Shown: piece by piece, positions 38,038 to 48,233 of the stretch | How positions within the stretch are numbered: position 1 is the stretch's first letter | How the letters are laid out: every line of letters starts with the position of its first letter | Virus genome (UHGV): UHGV-0294963 | Source of the DNA: a virus | Reading direction: 5' to 3' (one strand) | Length of the DNA stretch: 64,000 bases | Notes under the pieces: generated by a model | The model's database searches: none | What the model was told of the DNA's origin: nothing | Seen by the model: only the letters and a program-made list of their open reading frames with translations | Translations under genes and position numbers: made by a program

Positions 38038-39316
38038 TGCTCAGACAGCATTTCTAACAGCAGCCGCTAAGGTGTATGCAGCTTTGAAGATAGCTTATCC
38101 ATCAGGTATATATAGTTCAACAACTTCACCTACAATCAATGTCGACGGAGTTGAATATCAATGTAGATGTGACAGTACTGGAGTAATCCAGTGCATAATT
38201 CGTGTGATGGGTTATGACCCGAACTGGGGTGTATCTTCTGTATCCGGTCATACTGGTGACGGTTGGTATCTAACCGATGCTTCTGGTCCATTCATTAAAG
38301 ATAAGATTGGTAATGTATCATCAGACTGGGAAGTGCTTGATTTTAATGCTTCAGATGTAAAACCAGGTGATATCAGAGCTGCAAGTAATCATAGTCATTG
38401 TGACATATTTGTTGATTATCAGAATGGTAATGCGTACGGTCTTAATGCTGGTTCTACAGAAGCGATACAGAATTCGTGCAATGCTGGAACTCAATACTTA
38501 AATGACGGTAATCCCGATGACCTCGCTGTTACCCGGACAATTCAAGATAATGAGACAGCTAAGGTACTTCGCTATGTCAAGGGAGCAAATCAGACTCCCT
38601 CACAGATAGGTACGACAGATGTAAGTACAGGCGGACAATCGCTCGAATCACTCGATATCTATCTGAAGTTCATTCAAAGAATTGAATTTTATTATCAGAT
38701 ATTAGATAGCGCGGGAGATTATACGAAATACAGACCAGGATATATACCGAAAAATGCTAGAATGGTCAGAGTTACCCCTGACCGTGGTTCACCAGTATCT
38801 GACAGCTATGGAGATTCTTGGCTGGATTTTGTTGCTGGGTACACAAGACGCTGGATAGCAGGTGCAACCGAGGGTATAGATGCTGAACTTGAAGAAGGCT
38901 TGGTTATGATGTACACTCTTGATGATTCTGACCCACTGTTATTTGGAAAGACTGTAGTTAGAAACGAAGACGGTACTAATGATTATGAAGGCTCTAAAGG
39001 TTTAGTGCCGATTATTCACACGCAATGGCCTGTGCATTTTCGCTCGGTCCTCACTGATGTAGCCACGCATACAAAAGAATATGGTAGGTCATCTGCTTAT
39101 TTTACGAATGACACGTCGAATCCTCAGGGAGGTTCTGGTGAGACATCCCTTACAGACTTAATAAAAGCAGCTCGGAATTGTCAGTTTGTAACTGATGCTT
39201 CTGGTAATATTCCTGAGTGTGCAGATGCTCATGGATACCTATTCTTACATGATGAAGATGAGGCATATCAGAAGGATAACTATGAGCCTTGGGTACAGGG
39301 TATAAAGGAGGAATAA
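38021..39316 (+). CDS. Hypothetical protein (431 aa), possibly a cell-wall-acting or structural protein
   Basis: SD AAGGGGTGG. Conserved Cys/His residues (QCRCDS...SNHSHCD) hint at a papain-like hydrolase but the match is weak. Confidence 0.35.
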   Translation: MANWDSAQTAFLTAAAKVYAALKIAYPSGIYSSTTSPTINVDGVEYQCRCDSTGVIQCIIRVMGYDPNWGVSSVSGHTGDGWYLTDASGPFIKDKIGNVSSDWEVLDFNASDVKPGDIRAASNHSHCDIFVDYQNGNAYGLNAGSTEAIQNSCNAGTQYLNDGNPDDLAVTRTIQDNETAKVLRYVKGANQTPSQIGTTDVSTGGQSLESLDIYLKFIQRIEFYYQILDSAGDYTKYRPGYIPKNARMVRVTPDRGSPVSDSYGDSWLDFVAGYTRRWIAGATEGIDAELEEGLVMMYTLDDSDPLLFGKTVVRNEDGTNDYEGSKGLVPIIHTQWPVHFRSVLTDVATHTKEYGRSSAYFTNDTSNPQGGSGETSLTDLIKAARNCQFVTDASGNIPECADAHGYLFLHDEDEAYQKDNYEPWVQGIKEE

Positions 39317-39319
39317 GAT

Positions 39320-41257
39320 ATGCCGAATGAATATAGTGCTGACGGTAAGATTATATTAAGAAGTACTAACGGTAATCAGATGAGTTTACCTAGATTTTTT
39401 CAGTTAGCCCTAGATGACGGTAATGGACATACTGCACATCCTATGAATGCACGGTCTGGGCACTACGCTTGGGATATGGGTACTAATAATTCTCTAACTG
39501 TACCGGTACGTACACCGTCATTTGGTACGGTAACTTCAGCCGGTGATGGTTGGAATGGCGGTATGGGTACTCATGTTATAGTTACAGATGATTCTGGTAA
39601 TGAACATAGATTTATGCACATGGTTGAAAATTCAGTGACAGTTTCAGTCGGTGATTCAGTTTCACAAGGTGATACCTTAGGATTAATCGGTAGCACGGGT
39701 GATTCTACTACTCCCCATCTGCATTATGATGTAATGAAGGATGGTTCTTTGTATACAGACCCGATAGAAGCGTATGATTGCTCGACCTTACCTTCAGGTT
39801 GGAACTTTGCAGACGCAGTTGCTGATAATCAGAATTGGGATTATATCAGATTAGACCAAGGTGCTTCAGATTACGGGCCTCCTGGCGGCTCGTCACCGAG
39901 TGAACCATATCTTCCAGACACACCTTGTTATGATATTTCCTGGGCTCAGTCTACAAGCGGTACCTTAAATGAATGTCTAGATGCAATAGCTGCCAGTAGC
40001 AGTGGTGGTGTAATTATCCAGGTAGGTGCTTTCAGAAATACTGGATTTGTACCGGAAGATAGATTTGACCCTGCACAGGCTTTAGCATATGCAATCAGTA
40101 AAAACCTAGCAGTTGGTGTGTATTTCTATAATTATGCTGATTATACTGAAAACCTAACTACAGCATTTCAAGCTGCGTTGGCTTATCTAGGTACTATCGG
40201 TGCTACCAAAGATAAATTAAAGCTAGGAGTCTGGATTGATACCGAATATAATTCTCAATTAGACTATGACCCAGTTCCTTCTTCGGACAAAGATGTCAAT
40301 TATGCGTATGTAGAGCGTTTCATGGATGTATTCGATGCAGCAGAATACCCCGTAGCGGGTGTATACAGCTCGGCTGCTTTCTTTGAGGACCATTACGGTA
40401 GTAGTCTAATTGGTAATAAACCGATATGGGCTGCTTACTGGGTTGATTCTTTCAGTGACGCTGATAGAAGTAGCTTAGATGCATATCTACCAGAAGCTGA
40501 TTACACAAAAGTCTACATAATGCAATATACAAGCAGTGCTACTGTATCAGGATGGTCAGGTAGACTTGATGGTAATAAAGTTCTAACAGCTTTACCTACT
40601 TCTGGTAGTGGTGGAGGTGGTGGCGGTGGTGAATATACAGAAGTCATCAACGTCACTGTTGATGTATCTCCTCCAAAGCGAATTTATTTTAATCCTACTC
40701 CGGGATTACTCGATGCAGCCACTGATTTGCTGAGCGACCGAAAAGCTACCATTACAGTTACTACGGATGCTGACAACGCAGACCTATACTATACCGTTGA
40801 TGGCTCTTCACCGTATCAATATACTTATGTGAACGGTAACCTCGCTTATACCGTAGCAAGCAACGCACAGCTGTATAGTTCAAGTATCACTATATATAAA
40901 GATTCACATATTCGTGTCGTAGCTGTCCCTTCTGGTACAGGTAGTTCCGGTTCATTCACAGAACCATTGGCAAAGGGCTCCGCTACATATTTGTTCAAGT
41001 ATCATAGTCTTGAACAGTCTTGGAAAGATGAGCAGAAATCTTATGCTACGTCTGACGGAGACATCTCCTTCTTTGAAGAAAACAAGCAAGCCTTTCTGCG
41101 ACTTCATGCAGAGCAGACTGAGGAGGAGATTTTATATGCAGCTGTTTATAAGCATGATACTCAGGTTGTCGAGGAAGACGCAGAAGATAGTGCAAGTGGT
41201 TCTGCTGGTACTATACCAGAAGATGAACGTGAGAACACAAGTTCGGTGGGTGATTGA
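39320..41257 (+). CDS. Multidomain peptidoglycan hydrolase: M23 peptidase N-domain plus GH25-like muramidase domain, poly-Gly linker and C-terminal domain
   Basis: M23 motifs HYAWD (HxxxD) and HLH (HxH). GH25-like DISWAQ...VGVYFYNYADY...WIDTEY. GGGGGGG linker at 40611-40632. Confidence 0.55.
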   Translation: MPNEYSADGKIILRSTNGNQMSLPRFFQLALDDGNGHTAHPMNARSGHYAWDMGTNNSLTVPVRTPSFGTVTSAGDGWNGGMGTHVIVTDDSGNEHRFMHMVENSVTVSVGDSVSQGDTLGLIGSTGDSTTPHLHYDVMKDGSLYTDPIEAYDCSTLPSGWNFADAVADNQNWDYIRLDQGASDYGPPGGSSPSEPYLPDTPCYDISWAQSTSGTLNECLDAIAASSSGGVIIQVGAFRNTGFVPEDRFDPAQALAYAISKNLAVGVYFYNYADYTENLTTAFQAALAYLGTIGATKDKLKLGVWIDTEYNSQLDYDPVPSSDKDVNYAYVERFMDVFDAAEYPVAGVYSSAAFFEDHYGSSLIGNKPIWAAYWVDSFSDADRSSLDAYLPEADYTKVYIMQYTSSATVSGWSGRLDGNKVLTALPTSGSGGGGGGGEYTEVINVTVDVSPPKRIYFNPTPGLLDAATDLLSDRKATITVTTDADNADLYYTVDGSSPYQYTYVNGNLAYTVASNAQLYSSSITIYKDSHIRVVAVPSGTGSSGSFTEPLAKGSATYLFKYHSLEQSWKDEQKSYATSDGDISFFEENKQAFLRLHAEQTEEEILYAAVYKHDTQVVEEDAEDSASGSAGTIPEDERENTSSVGD

Positions 41258-41259
41258 TT

Positions 41260-42483
41260 ATGTATCTGGTTAATGAAATTAGTAATCGTGATTTGTCCTT
41301 GCTGCATTGTTATCGCATATTACGCAAGCCTTCTGAATTTCTTTCTGCTGTATATGACCAGGTTGAGCCGGTAGTCACAGAAATTCTGGAAGGAACGATT
41401 ACTGAGTTGCAGAGCGAAGATGGTTCACCACTGTACGCTTTCGACTTGGGCATCGAATCCATCGAAGGTTACATACCTTATCTAGAATTCGATGCGAATA
41501 ACGATGCAGATAGAAAACACCTAGAAACCCTTATTTATCTAGATAATCTAACGTTATACGGTAAATCTGCCGAGTTTCAAGAAGTGGTTCAGATAAAGGT
41601 GTACTGGGTAAACTCATTAGAGTCTATCAAGAAAGCAATTGAGCTGTATCTGAAAGCCATCGAGGAGTTAGACCCCGGTGAACTACGAAACAAGCTCAAT
41701 GATAAGAAAAACCAACCCAAAGGTATTCGTGCGATTACAGGTCGTGATGAGAATTTAGTTGAGTTTATGAATGGTGATGAAAGTCTAACTCTGCGAGATT
41801 CTGACTATATGATTACTTCAGCACTTGACGCTCAGATGTTAGTAAACCCCAGCCAAGAATTGCTTATGTCGTTACCAAGAAAACTAAAGCATAATATTAA
41901 CATAACTATAACAGACGGTGGTACTCGATATCTTTCTTCATTTTCTGGTTACACAATCAATATCAAAGGCAATGGTAATTGGGTTATTCGCGATGCACAA
42001 TGCGGTATAGATTTCGTATCAGGTAAAGGTAAGATTTATCTATGGAACTGTAAGCTGGTTCACTTCAGGCATACAATTTTAGAGAGTCATTCAGCTATGG
42101 GATATGACTGTGAATACTTATATGCACATAGGAGTCTGATAATCCTCAACCAAGGCGTTATCAGGGATGTGCATTTGGTAGGCGGTAGCACTATGGTTGA
42201 GGTTCCGACCTCGATGACCGGGGTGCAGTCTAGTTCTGATTTGCGGAATGTATCCTTAATTGGTCATGGCTGTTCCTTATATAGCTGGGTTAAACCAATT
42301 CCCGTAAAAGCGAAGAACATTCTGGGATTAGGTTGGTGGAGTACTTTTCTGGGTAGTGGTGATGCACTATATATAGGAGGACGTAGAATAGATGAGGTTA
42401 GCGGCGAGCACGATGAGGAGATGAAACCTAGTAGCATTCTTGGAATGACTATCGATAATATTCATATTCACCAGGAGGAGTGA
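41260..42483 (+). CDS. Tail fibre / receptor-binding protein paralog 1 (shared N-terminal anchor domain)
   Basis: N-terminal roughly 150 aa homologous to the next two genes (NRD..LL..YRILR, IPYLEF, VYWV.SL). Beta-helix-like repeats follow. Confidence 0.5.
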   Translation: MYLVNEISNRDLSLLHCYRILRKPSEFLSAVYDQVEPVVTEILEGTITELQSEDGSPLYAFDLGIESIEGYIPYLEFDANNDADRKHLETLIYLDNLTLYGKSAEFQEVVQIKVYWVNSLESIKKAIELYLKAIEELDPGELRNKLNDKKNQPKGIRAITGRDENLVEFMNGDESLTLRDSDYMITSALDAQMLVNPSQELLMSLPRKLKHNINITITDGGTRYLSSFSGYTINIKGNGNWVIRDAQCGIDFVSGKGKIYLWNCKLVHFRHTILESHSAMGYDCEYLYAHRSLIILNQGVIRDVHLVGGSTMVEVPTSMTGVQSSSDLRNVSLIGHGCSLYSWVKPIPVKAKNILGLGWWSTFLGSGDALYIGGRRIDEVSGEHDEEMKPSSILGMTIDNIHIHQEE

Positions 42484-42489
42484 TAGTAG

Positions 42490-43758
42490 ATGTTCTATGA
42501 TGTAGGTTCAATAACGAATAGGAACATTCAACTTCTGTATGAGTACAGGATACTGCGAGAACCTTCGGAAAACCTAACTGCGATATGTCGTGGTAGCACG
42601 CCACAGGCTGCGTATGATTTAGCGTGGTCTGTCAGTTCTCGAGTCGTCGACGGTTATGATACTGTCTATGAAGCTACGTTGTCTGGTGTAACGCCTGAAA
42701 AGAATTGTGTTCCTTTCATAGAATTTCATCCAGACGTAGGTGTGGACTGGAAATGGATAGCTGACTTTATCGATGTTGAAGTTGACGATGGTGCAGTCAA
42801 GCTCTACAGTACTACCAATTATCTAGATTCACTTTCTATGTCTGTGTATTGGTGCTATTCGTTGCGTCATATCGATAATATGTTATCAGATATTTTAAAG
42901 GATTTAGATAGACTAATTAAGGAATATGACCAGCTTGAAGATGAAATCAGGAATTTCAAAGATACAGGTCGTTATATGAAACGTCCTGAAGGTCTGATAC
43001 CAAATCTGGTTAAGATTAAGACTACTGCAGAAGGTTCTGACTTGGTTGATTCACTATATAAGATAATGACAGCAGAGAGTAATCGTCTGTTCGTCGATAT
43101 GACGCAAGATAATCTAAATCACATGGAGCATATCTTTAATGAGAAAGTAGAATTCAGATTTACCAATAAAGACCACTATGTCGTAGATGATATTATAGCA
43201 CCTATAATTCTTATTTCAGGGTACGGAGATTTAGTCCTGAAAAATATCAGAGGTCAAGTGTTGGTCACACGCTGGTCTGGTACCATAACGGTTATCGACT
43301 GTCCGGAGGTGCATCTTACCGCGGTGAATTCTGGTGATATCTGTAAGCTAACTAAGCTACAGATTAGCAAAGGTAGTACGGTTTATCTTGAAAATCAGGT
43401 TCATCGGATTAAAGAATTATCGATGTTCGCCGATAGTATCTGCAGACATTGGAGGGCAAATGTCAAATCTCTTGCTTATGTAGGTCCTGGCTGTACATAT
43501 TGGTGTTCAGCACAGGTAGCTGTACCTGGTAGGGTTCAGTTGACAGACTACGACGAGAATGACGCTTGTAATACAGTCTACGATTTCAATATGCACGATA
43601 TCATTGGGGCATTTATTTCTGACTTCAATGATATCATGATTGTGGGGTTCAAAAATCTAACTCCGAGGCTAGGTAACTCGGACGCTGAACCACAACCTGG
43701 TATGTATATATCACGCTGGCAAGCTAAGTATAGTTCAGATGTACTGAGAGGTGGTTAA
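42490..43758 (+). CDS. Tail fibre / receptor-binding protein paralog 2
   Basis: Same N-terminal module with a divergent C-terminus. SD AGGAGGAGTG. Confidence 0.5.
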   Translation: MFYDVGSITNRNIQLLYEYRILREPSENLTAICRGSTPQAAYDLAWSVSSRVVDGYDTVYEATLSGVTPEKNCVPFIEFHPDVGVDWKWIADFIDVEVDDGAVKLYSTTNYLDSLSMSVYWCYSLRHIDNMLSDILKDLDRLIKEYDQLEDEIRNFKDTGRYMKRPEGLIPNLVKIKTTAEGSDLVDSLYKIMTAESNRLFVDMTQDNLNHMEHIFNEKVEFRFTNKDHYVVDDIIAPIILISGYGDLVLKNIRGQVLVTRWSGTITVIDCPEVHLTAVNSGDICKLTKLQISKGSTVYLENQVHRIKELSMFADSICRHWRANVKSLAYVGPGCTYWCSAQVAVPGRVQLTDYDENDACNTVYDFNMHDIIGAFISDFNDIMIVGFKNLTPRLGNSDAEPQPGMYISRWQAKYSSDVLRGG

Positions 43759-43760
43759 AA

Positions 43761-46139
43761 ATGATTTATCAACTTAGTCAGGTTTCGAATAGAGATACTC
43801 AGGTTTTGTATTTCTACAGAATACTGCGGCATGCAAGTACAGACTTAGGCGCAATCTACAGGTATGATAATCCTGATGTGTATCAGCTTAGTCAGGTAGT
43901 GGAGGCTACTATAGACGACAGAACTTGGTTTGAATATCATCTGTCAGTCGACGAGAGACCAAATCGAATACCGTATCTTGAATTCAGCAGTATCGATGAA
44001 GTCGAGCTCAAGCATATCGAAGACTTGGTAGAAGTTGAAGTGAGAAGTAACGAATTGATACTTCGAGGTGATACAGACGAACTTTCTGGAAATACTTCTG
44101 TTGCTGTCTATTGGGTACCTTCTTTATCCTATATCGATAAACTACAGAAGCAGATTGAGTCCATCATTGAAGACCTTAAGAAGCGTGCCAAGGAAGATGC
44201 TGATTTAATCGACAGAATCTCGGTTAGTTCTGATTATGTGATGAACCTTGATGGTGTAATACCTAATCTGGTAAATATCGGTGAAGATGAAGAGGGTTTG
44301 ATATATGATGACTCACATTATATGCTATCAGGTCCTCTTGATGAACAGACTCTGATAAATCCTCCCCAGTCTACTGTATCTAGTCTTCTTAAATCGCATA
44401 AAGGAATGCTTATTATATCTGATAGATTAAGAGAGAATAAGGTATATCAGGGTTTCTACGGTGGCTGTATAAGGTTATCAGGGGTGTTCAAGACCTTGGT
44501 ATTGAAAGACATTACATCGATTATATTCTTGGATAACTTATCTGCGGATAGAGTAATTATCGAGAACTGCCCTGCTGTTATATTCAGAAAGACGATAAAA
44601 GACTCAGGTAAGTCTGGTAGGATTATTCGCCTAGAGCTTCGTAATTCATATCTAACGATTAATCAGTCGATAGAAATTAGAAACATCTGGTGCTACCGGA
44701 GAAGCACCGTAGTCATGAAAACAGGTAAAATTCATACCATCGGTTTTATAGAAGCTGGGTCAACTCTAGTCTATGACACACCGACTTCTAGAAATGAGAT
44801 TGAGAGAATTAACGGTACTCGGCTTCAAGGATTGTTCTACGCGAGTAATCCGCCAAACTCAATGCCGTATCTTGAAGAAATCTTCATGGCTCAAAAACCA
44901 ATTGCGTTTCAGCGTGGCACCGTCGAAGACCCAACTCCTATTTCAAAAGCCGAAGTGAGTATCTACCTAAAGCATTCTGGGACACCCGGCCCCGGCCCAT
45001 CACCAAGCGGTAAGATATATTCGCCATTCACAGATTGGTATTGGTCAGGGGATTCCCGAACTGTTCAGTTAATAGCTGAGACTGGAACTGACGGTAAAGG
45101 TTACGGAGGTGAGTCATTACCTAAGCTACAGCAGGTTCAATCTGAAATCGAAAGTCAAGGCGTTCAGCACAATATCATACTCTGGTGGGGCGTAAACGGT
45201 TTAGGATATGGTGCAGCTGCTTATGCGAGTGTGTATAAAGACATTGCAGATAATGTCGGCAGTACCGCTATGGTATTTGTCGCGACGGTGGGTCACTGCC
45301 CGAATGGTAGTGGTAGCGGGAAGTGTGACGGTGGTGCTGGGCAACCGCTTGGTCCTTTTAATGAGGAGATAGAGCAGTTTAACGAATCTTTAAAATCGGA
45401 ACTATCTAGTGCAGCTAATATTCATATTCTTGATGTAGCAAAATACATTAAAGATTTAGAAGAAGCTAACGGTGCAGCTTGGTTAACCAGTGATAATCTG
45501 CATTATAAACCTGAAGCGTCACAGATGATTTATGATTGGGTTTGTAGCCAGATAACAAATCAACAAGGTGGCGATTTCCCAGACGCTCCGGAGACCACCA
45601 ATGCTGGTAAGATTTGGAACTGGTTTAAACGTGCTGGTATAGCCAATGTGTCTACTCGACCTGAACTGATTGCTGGTATTATCGGTAACTGCCAAGCAGA
45701 GTCCTTCCCTGCTATCGACTTGCTAGGTTATGGCGGTGACCTTTATGGACCTTGGTGTGAATTGAATGCAGGATTCAGAACAACAGTGACTAATGCTGGG
45801 TATTCATTTCATAGTTATACTAGGTCACCGGGTGACGATTCTGCTGCTATACCAACAATCTTTACCTGGTTGACTCAGCAAAGTAGTAGCTGGGTAGATT
45901 GGTTAGCTGATGTAATTGACCAGGTTACTGACCAGACTGGAGAAGCTGGTGCTCGAGCTTATGCTGAGTTATTCTGTGTCTGCGTCGAACGCTGCGTTGG
46001 CGGTGAGGACTCAGTTAATGACCCAGGAGTGCATCAGATAATGACCGACTATTATGGCGGTACGGTCTATAGGTATCAAGACTTAGGAACCCGACGTGAT
46101 AATGCCGCTAATATCTATAGTCAATTTATGGGAGGTTAA
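43761..46139 (+). CDS. Tail fibre paralog 3 with C-terminal SGNH/GDSL-type esterase domain and lysozyme-like domain
   Basis: Shared N-terminal module. SGNH blocks WSGDSRT, WWGVNGL, DNLH (DxxH). C-terminal GIIGNCQAESF resembles phage tail lysozyme-like domains. Confidence 0.5.
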   Translation: MIYQLSQVSNRDTQVLYFYRILRHASTDLGAIYRYDNPDVYQLSQVVEATIDDRTWFEYHLSVDERPNRIPYLEFSSIDEVELKHIEDLVEVEVRSNELILRGDTDELSGNTSVAVYWVPSLSYIDKLQKQIESIIEDLKKRAKEDADLIDRISVSSDYVMNLDGVIPNLVNIGEDEEGLIYDDSHYMLSGPLDEQTLINPPQSTVSSLLKSHKGMLIISDRLRENKVYQGFYGGCIRLSGVFKTLVLKDITSIIFLDNLSADRVIIENCPAVIFRKTIKDSGKSGRIIRLELRNSYLTINQSIEIRNIWCYRRSTVVMKTGKIHTIGFIEAGSTLVYDTPTSRNEIERINGTRLQGLFYASNPPNSMPYLEEIFMAQKPIAFQRGTVEDPTPISKAEVSIYLKHSGTPGPGPSPSGKIYSPFTDWYWSGDSRTVQLIAETGTDGKGYGGESLPKLQQVQSEIESQGVQHNIILWWGVNGLGYGAAAYASVYKDIADNVGSTAMVFVATVGHCPNGSGSGKCDGGAGQPLGPFNEEIEQFNESLKSELSSAANIHILDVAKYIKDLEEANGAAWLTSDNLHYKPEASQMIYDWVCSQITNQQGGDFPDAPETTNAGKIWNWFKRAGIANVSTRPELIAGIIGNCQAESFPAIDLLGYGGDLYGPWCELNAGFRTTVTNAGYSFHSYTRSPGDDSAAIPTIFTWLTQQSSSWVDWLADVIDQVTDQTGEAGARAYAELFCVCVERCVGGEDSVNDPGVHQIMTDYYGGTVYRYQDLGTRRDNAANIYSQFMGG

Positions 46140-46142
46140 TCA

Positions 46143-46970
46143 ATGATTTTTAGTGCAGATTGGTATTCTACGGACGCTACGACAGGTTGGAAACTGGACG
46201 GAGCTGAAATTATATTAGATGAAGCTCTACTGAACAAAATTAGGGAGTTTAAGGAGAACACTGGTGTTTATCTAACATTACACTCGCCTATGTCAGTTGC
46301 TATCGGAAGTAAGAAGCCTGGTGTACGCTTTATGAGTACCGAGATTATATGCAATCATCTTTCATTGCTGAAGCAGATACAGCCAGGTGTAACTAATCGA
46401 ATTGTCGTTCACGCTGCTAACTTCTCAGAACGAACTCCAGAAGAAGTTTATGAGGTACAGCGTAAGACGCTCTGGTCACTCTGGTACAAGATGCGAGATA
46501 AAGGCTTGCTTGATAGCTGTTTAATCTGCATCGAGAACCTAGGTAAGATAAGTCAGGTAGGTGACGTTGCAGACATCATCAAGCTCTGCAATTTGACAGA
46601 TAATTTCATACCTTGCCTCGACTTCGGTCATCTGCATGGAAGAACACTTGGTAAGTTCCTGAACTGTAAAGAAGAATTTGAACAGGTATTTAACCAGCTA
46701 TATGCTGGATTACCCTCATGGAAGGTTAACTGTATGCACATTCATTTTTCTAAGCTAGAGTATACAGATAAAGGTGAGAAGAAGCACGTTCCGTTTTCGG
46801 TTCATAGCGCTAGACCTAAGCCCGCAACCTTCTTGCGTGCATTACCTGATAGACAAGATTTTAATCCGGTGATTGTCTGCGAGTCACCGAACTCTTATGT
46901 AGACGGTCGACGTCTTCAAAGAAATTATTATGCAAGGCGTAGAGCGCTAGAAGACGAAATACGCCTATAA
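46143..46970 (+). CDS. Endonuclease IV / UvdE-like TIM-barrel (xylose-isomerase-fold) DNA repair endonuclease
   Basis: LHSPMSVAIGS (resembles HAPYLINLAS). LICIENLGK (resembles IENTAGQG). LDFGHLHG metal-binding His cluster. Confidence 0.4.
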   Translation: MIFSADWYSTDATTGWKLDGAEIILDEALLNKIREFKENTGVYLTLHSPMSVAIGSKKPGVRFMSTEIICNHLSLLKQIQPGVTNRIVVHAANFSERTPEEVYEVQRKTLWSLWYKMRDKGLLDSCLICIENLGKISQVGDVADIIKLCNLTDNFIPCLDFGHLHGRTLGKFLNCKEEFEQVFNQLYAGLPSWKVNCMHIHFSKLEYTDKGEKKHVPFSVHSARPKPATFLRALPDRQDFNPVIVCESPNSYVDGRRLQRNYYARRRALEDEIRL

Positions 46971-46984
46971 AAGTACCTACAAAT

Positions 46985-47018
46985 AACTTCGTTTCTGTAC
47001 CTGTACTATGTTATAATA
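46985..47018 (+). promoter_or_regulatory. Candidate promoter (AACTTCGT, 20 nt, TGTTATAAT) embedded in the CTGTACCT...AGGTACAG inverted repeat
   Basis: Recurrent architecture upstream of 47084. Confidence 0.45.
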
Positions 47019-47083
47019 TAGGTACAGTAAAACACAACATGGGTTCAACAGAGCCCTAACCAAGAATTCAGGAGGTAAATGTT

Positions 47084-47980
47084 ATGGCAAGAACAACTAC
47101 TTGGGCTAGCGTAGGTACTGACGTTTCTCAGCAGACTTCTGTTGACGAAATTCTTCAGAAGGCAGGTCTCGACTATACGGTTACGAAAGAGCCGGTGTAT
47201 CTTAGAGACGGTATCCTCGTACCGAGTCGTATCGCAACTATCAAGTCTGAAACCAGAGAGCCAATCGGTCTCGTGTCCGACAGATATGAGATTTACCAGA
47301 ATGCGGATGCGTTCAAGTTCCTCGAGGAAATTCCGGATATCCAATTCGTACGAGCTGGTGAGACGTATAATGGTATGGTCTACATCGTTGGCAAGCTCCC
47401 GACACTCAACGTGCTCGACGATGCGTTTACACCATACGTCATTTTCCAGACAAGTCATAACGGTTGGTTCTCGCTCAGAGCTACAATCTGCCCGCTCAGA
47501 ATCGTCTGCCAGAATCAGTTCGCAATGTCCTTTAAGAACATGGCGAATACAATCTCAATCCAGCATTCTAAGAGACTGGAAGGCAGAATTATGGAAGCTC
47601 AGCAGCTCCTCAAGGATACAGCAATATATATGCAAGGTTTTACAAACACCGCAGAAGAGCTGGCATTGCTCAAGATTACAGATACAGACCGCAACAAGAT
47701 TTGTGACGCTTTCTTTGAGAGCACCAAAGCAATTACAGAAAGACAGCAAGCAGCTCTCATGGAGAAGAAGTCGCGCTTCAATCTGTGCTATAACGATGAC
47801 GATAATGGTAACTTCAGAGGTACCGCTTGGGGTCTCGTTAACGCACTCACCGATTACGAAACGCATAAGGAGCGTAAACAGACTGAGCATTCGGCAGACA
47901 CAGCATTTATGCAAGTCACATTTGACCCGGGTGTAATGTCAAGGATGCTCGGTATCATCAGAAATACAGTACACGCATAA
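47084..47980 (+). CDS. DUF932-like phage/plasmid protein
   Basis: N-terminal W.SVGTDVS....DEILQKAGLDYTV matches the DUF932 (TIGR03299) opening pattern. SD AGGAGGTAAATG. Confidence 0.4.
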   Translation: MARTTTWASVGTDVSQQTSVDEILQKAGLDYTVTKEPVYLRDGILVPSRIATIKSETREPIGLVSDRYEIYQNADAFKFLEEIPDIQFVRAGETYNGMVYIVGKLPTLNVLDDAFTPYVIFQTSHNGWFSLRATICPLRIVCQNQFAMSFKNMANTISIQHSKRLEGRIMEAQQLLKDTAIYMQGFTNTAEELALLKITDTDRNKICDAFFESTKAITERQQAALMEKKSRFNLCYNDDDNGNFRGTAWGLVNALTDYETHKERKQTEHSADTAFMQVTFDPGVMSRMLGIIRNTVHA

Positions 47981-48000
47981 GTAAACCATAAGTCACTTAT

Positions 48001-48040
48001 AAACCGTAGCGTACCGTGTGTATGCTACGGTTTTGCTGTA
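48001..48040 (+). terminator. Putative terminator hairpin (AACCGTAGC, 13-nt loop, GCTACGGTT, then TTTG)
   Basis: 9-bp stem directly after the 47980 stop. The U-tract is short. Confidence 0.4.
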
Positions 48041-48070
48041 TATCTCCTATGTAGTTATAAAGTTATATAA

Positions 48071-48110
48071 GATTTACTACCGTGTGATATGCGTTAGCGT
48101 GCTACATGGT
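48071..48110 (+). repeat. Conserved roughly 40-bp element copy 1 (GATTTACTACCGTGTGATATGCGTTAGCGTGCTACATGGT)
   Basis: About 36/40 identical to 56857-56896. The core is shared with the inverted copy at 3531-3552. Confidence 0.55.
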
Positions 48111-48140
48111 TTATAACTTCGTGTGCGTGAACGAAATATG
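48108..48140 (+). promoter_or_regulatory. Candidate promoter (AACTTCGT, 19 nt, TGTTATAAT)
   Basis: Recurrent architecture, immediately 3' of the conserved 40-bp element. Confidence 0.45.
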
Positions 48141-48233
48141 TTATAATGTGTATACAATAAATCATTGTGTGTACTCTGGTTGTATTGATTGCAGATAGTG
48201 ACGACGTGATGAGAAAGTGAGGTGATACTGAGC

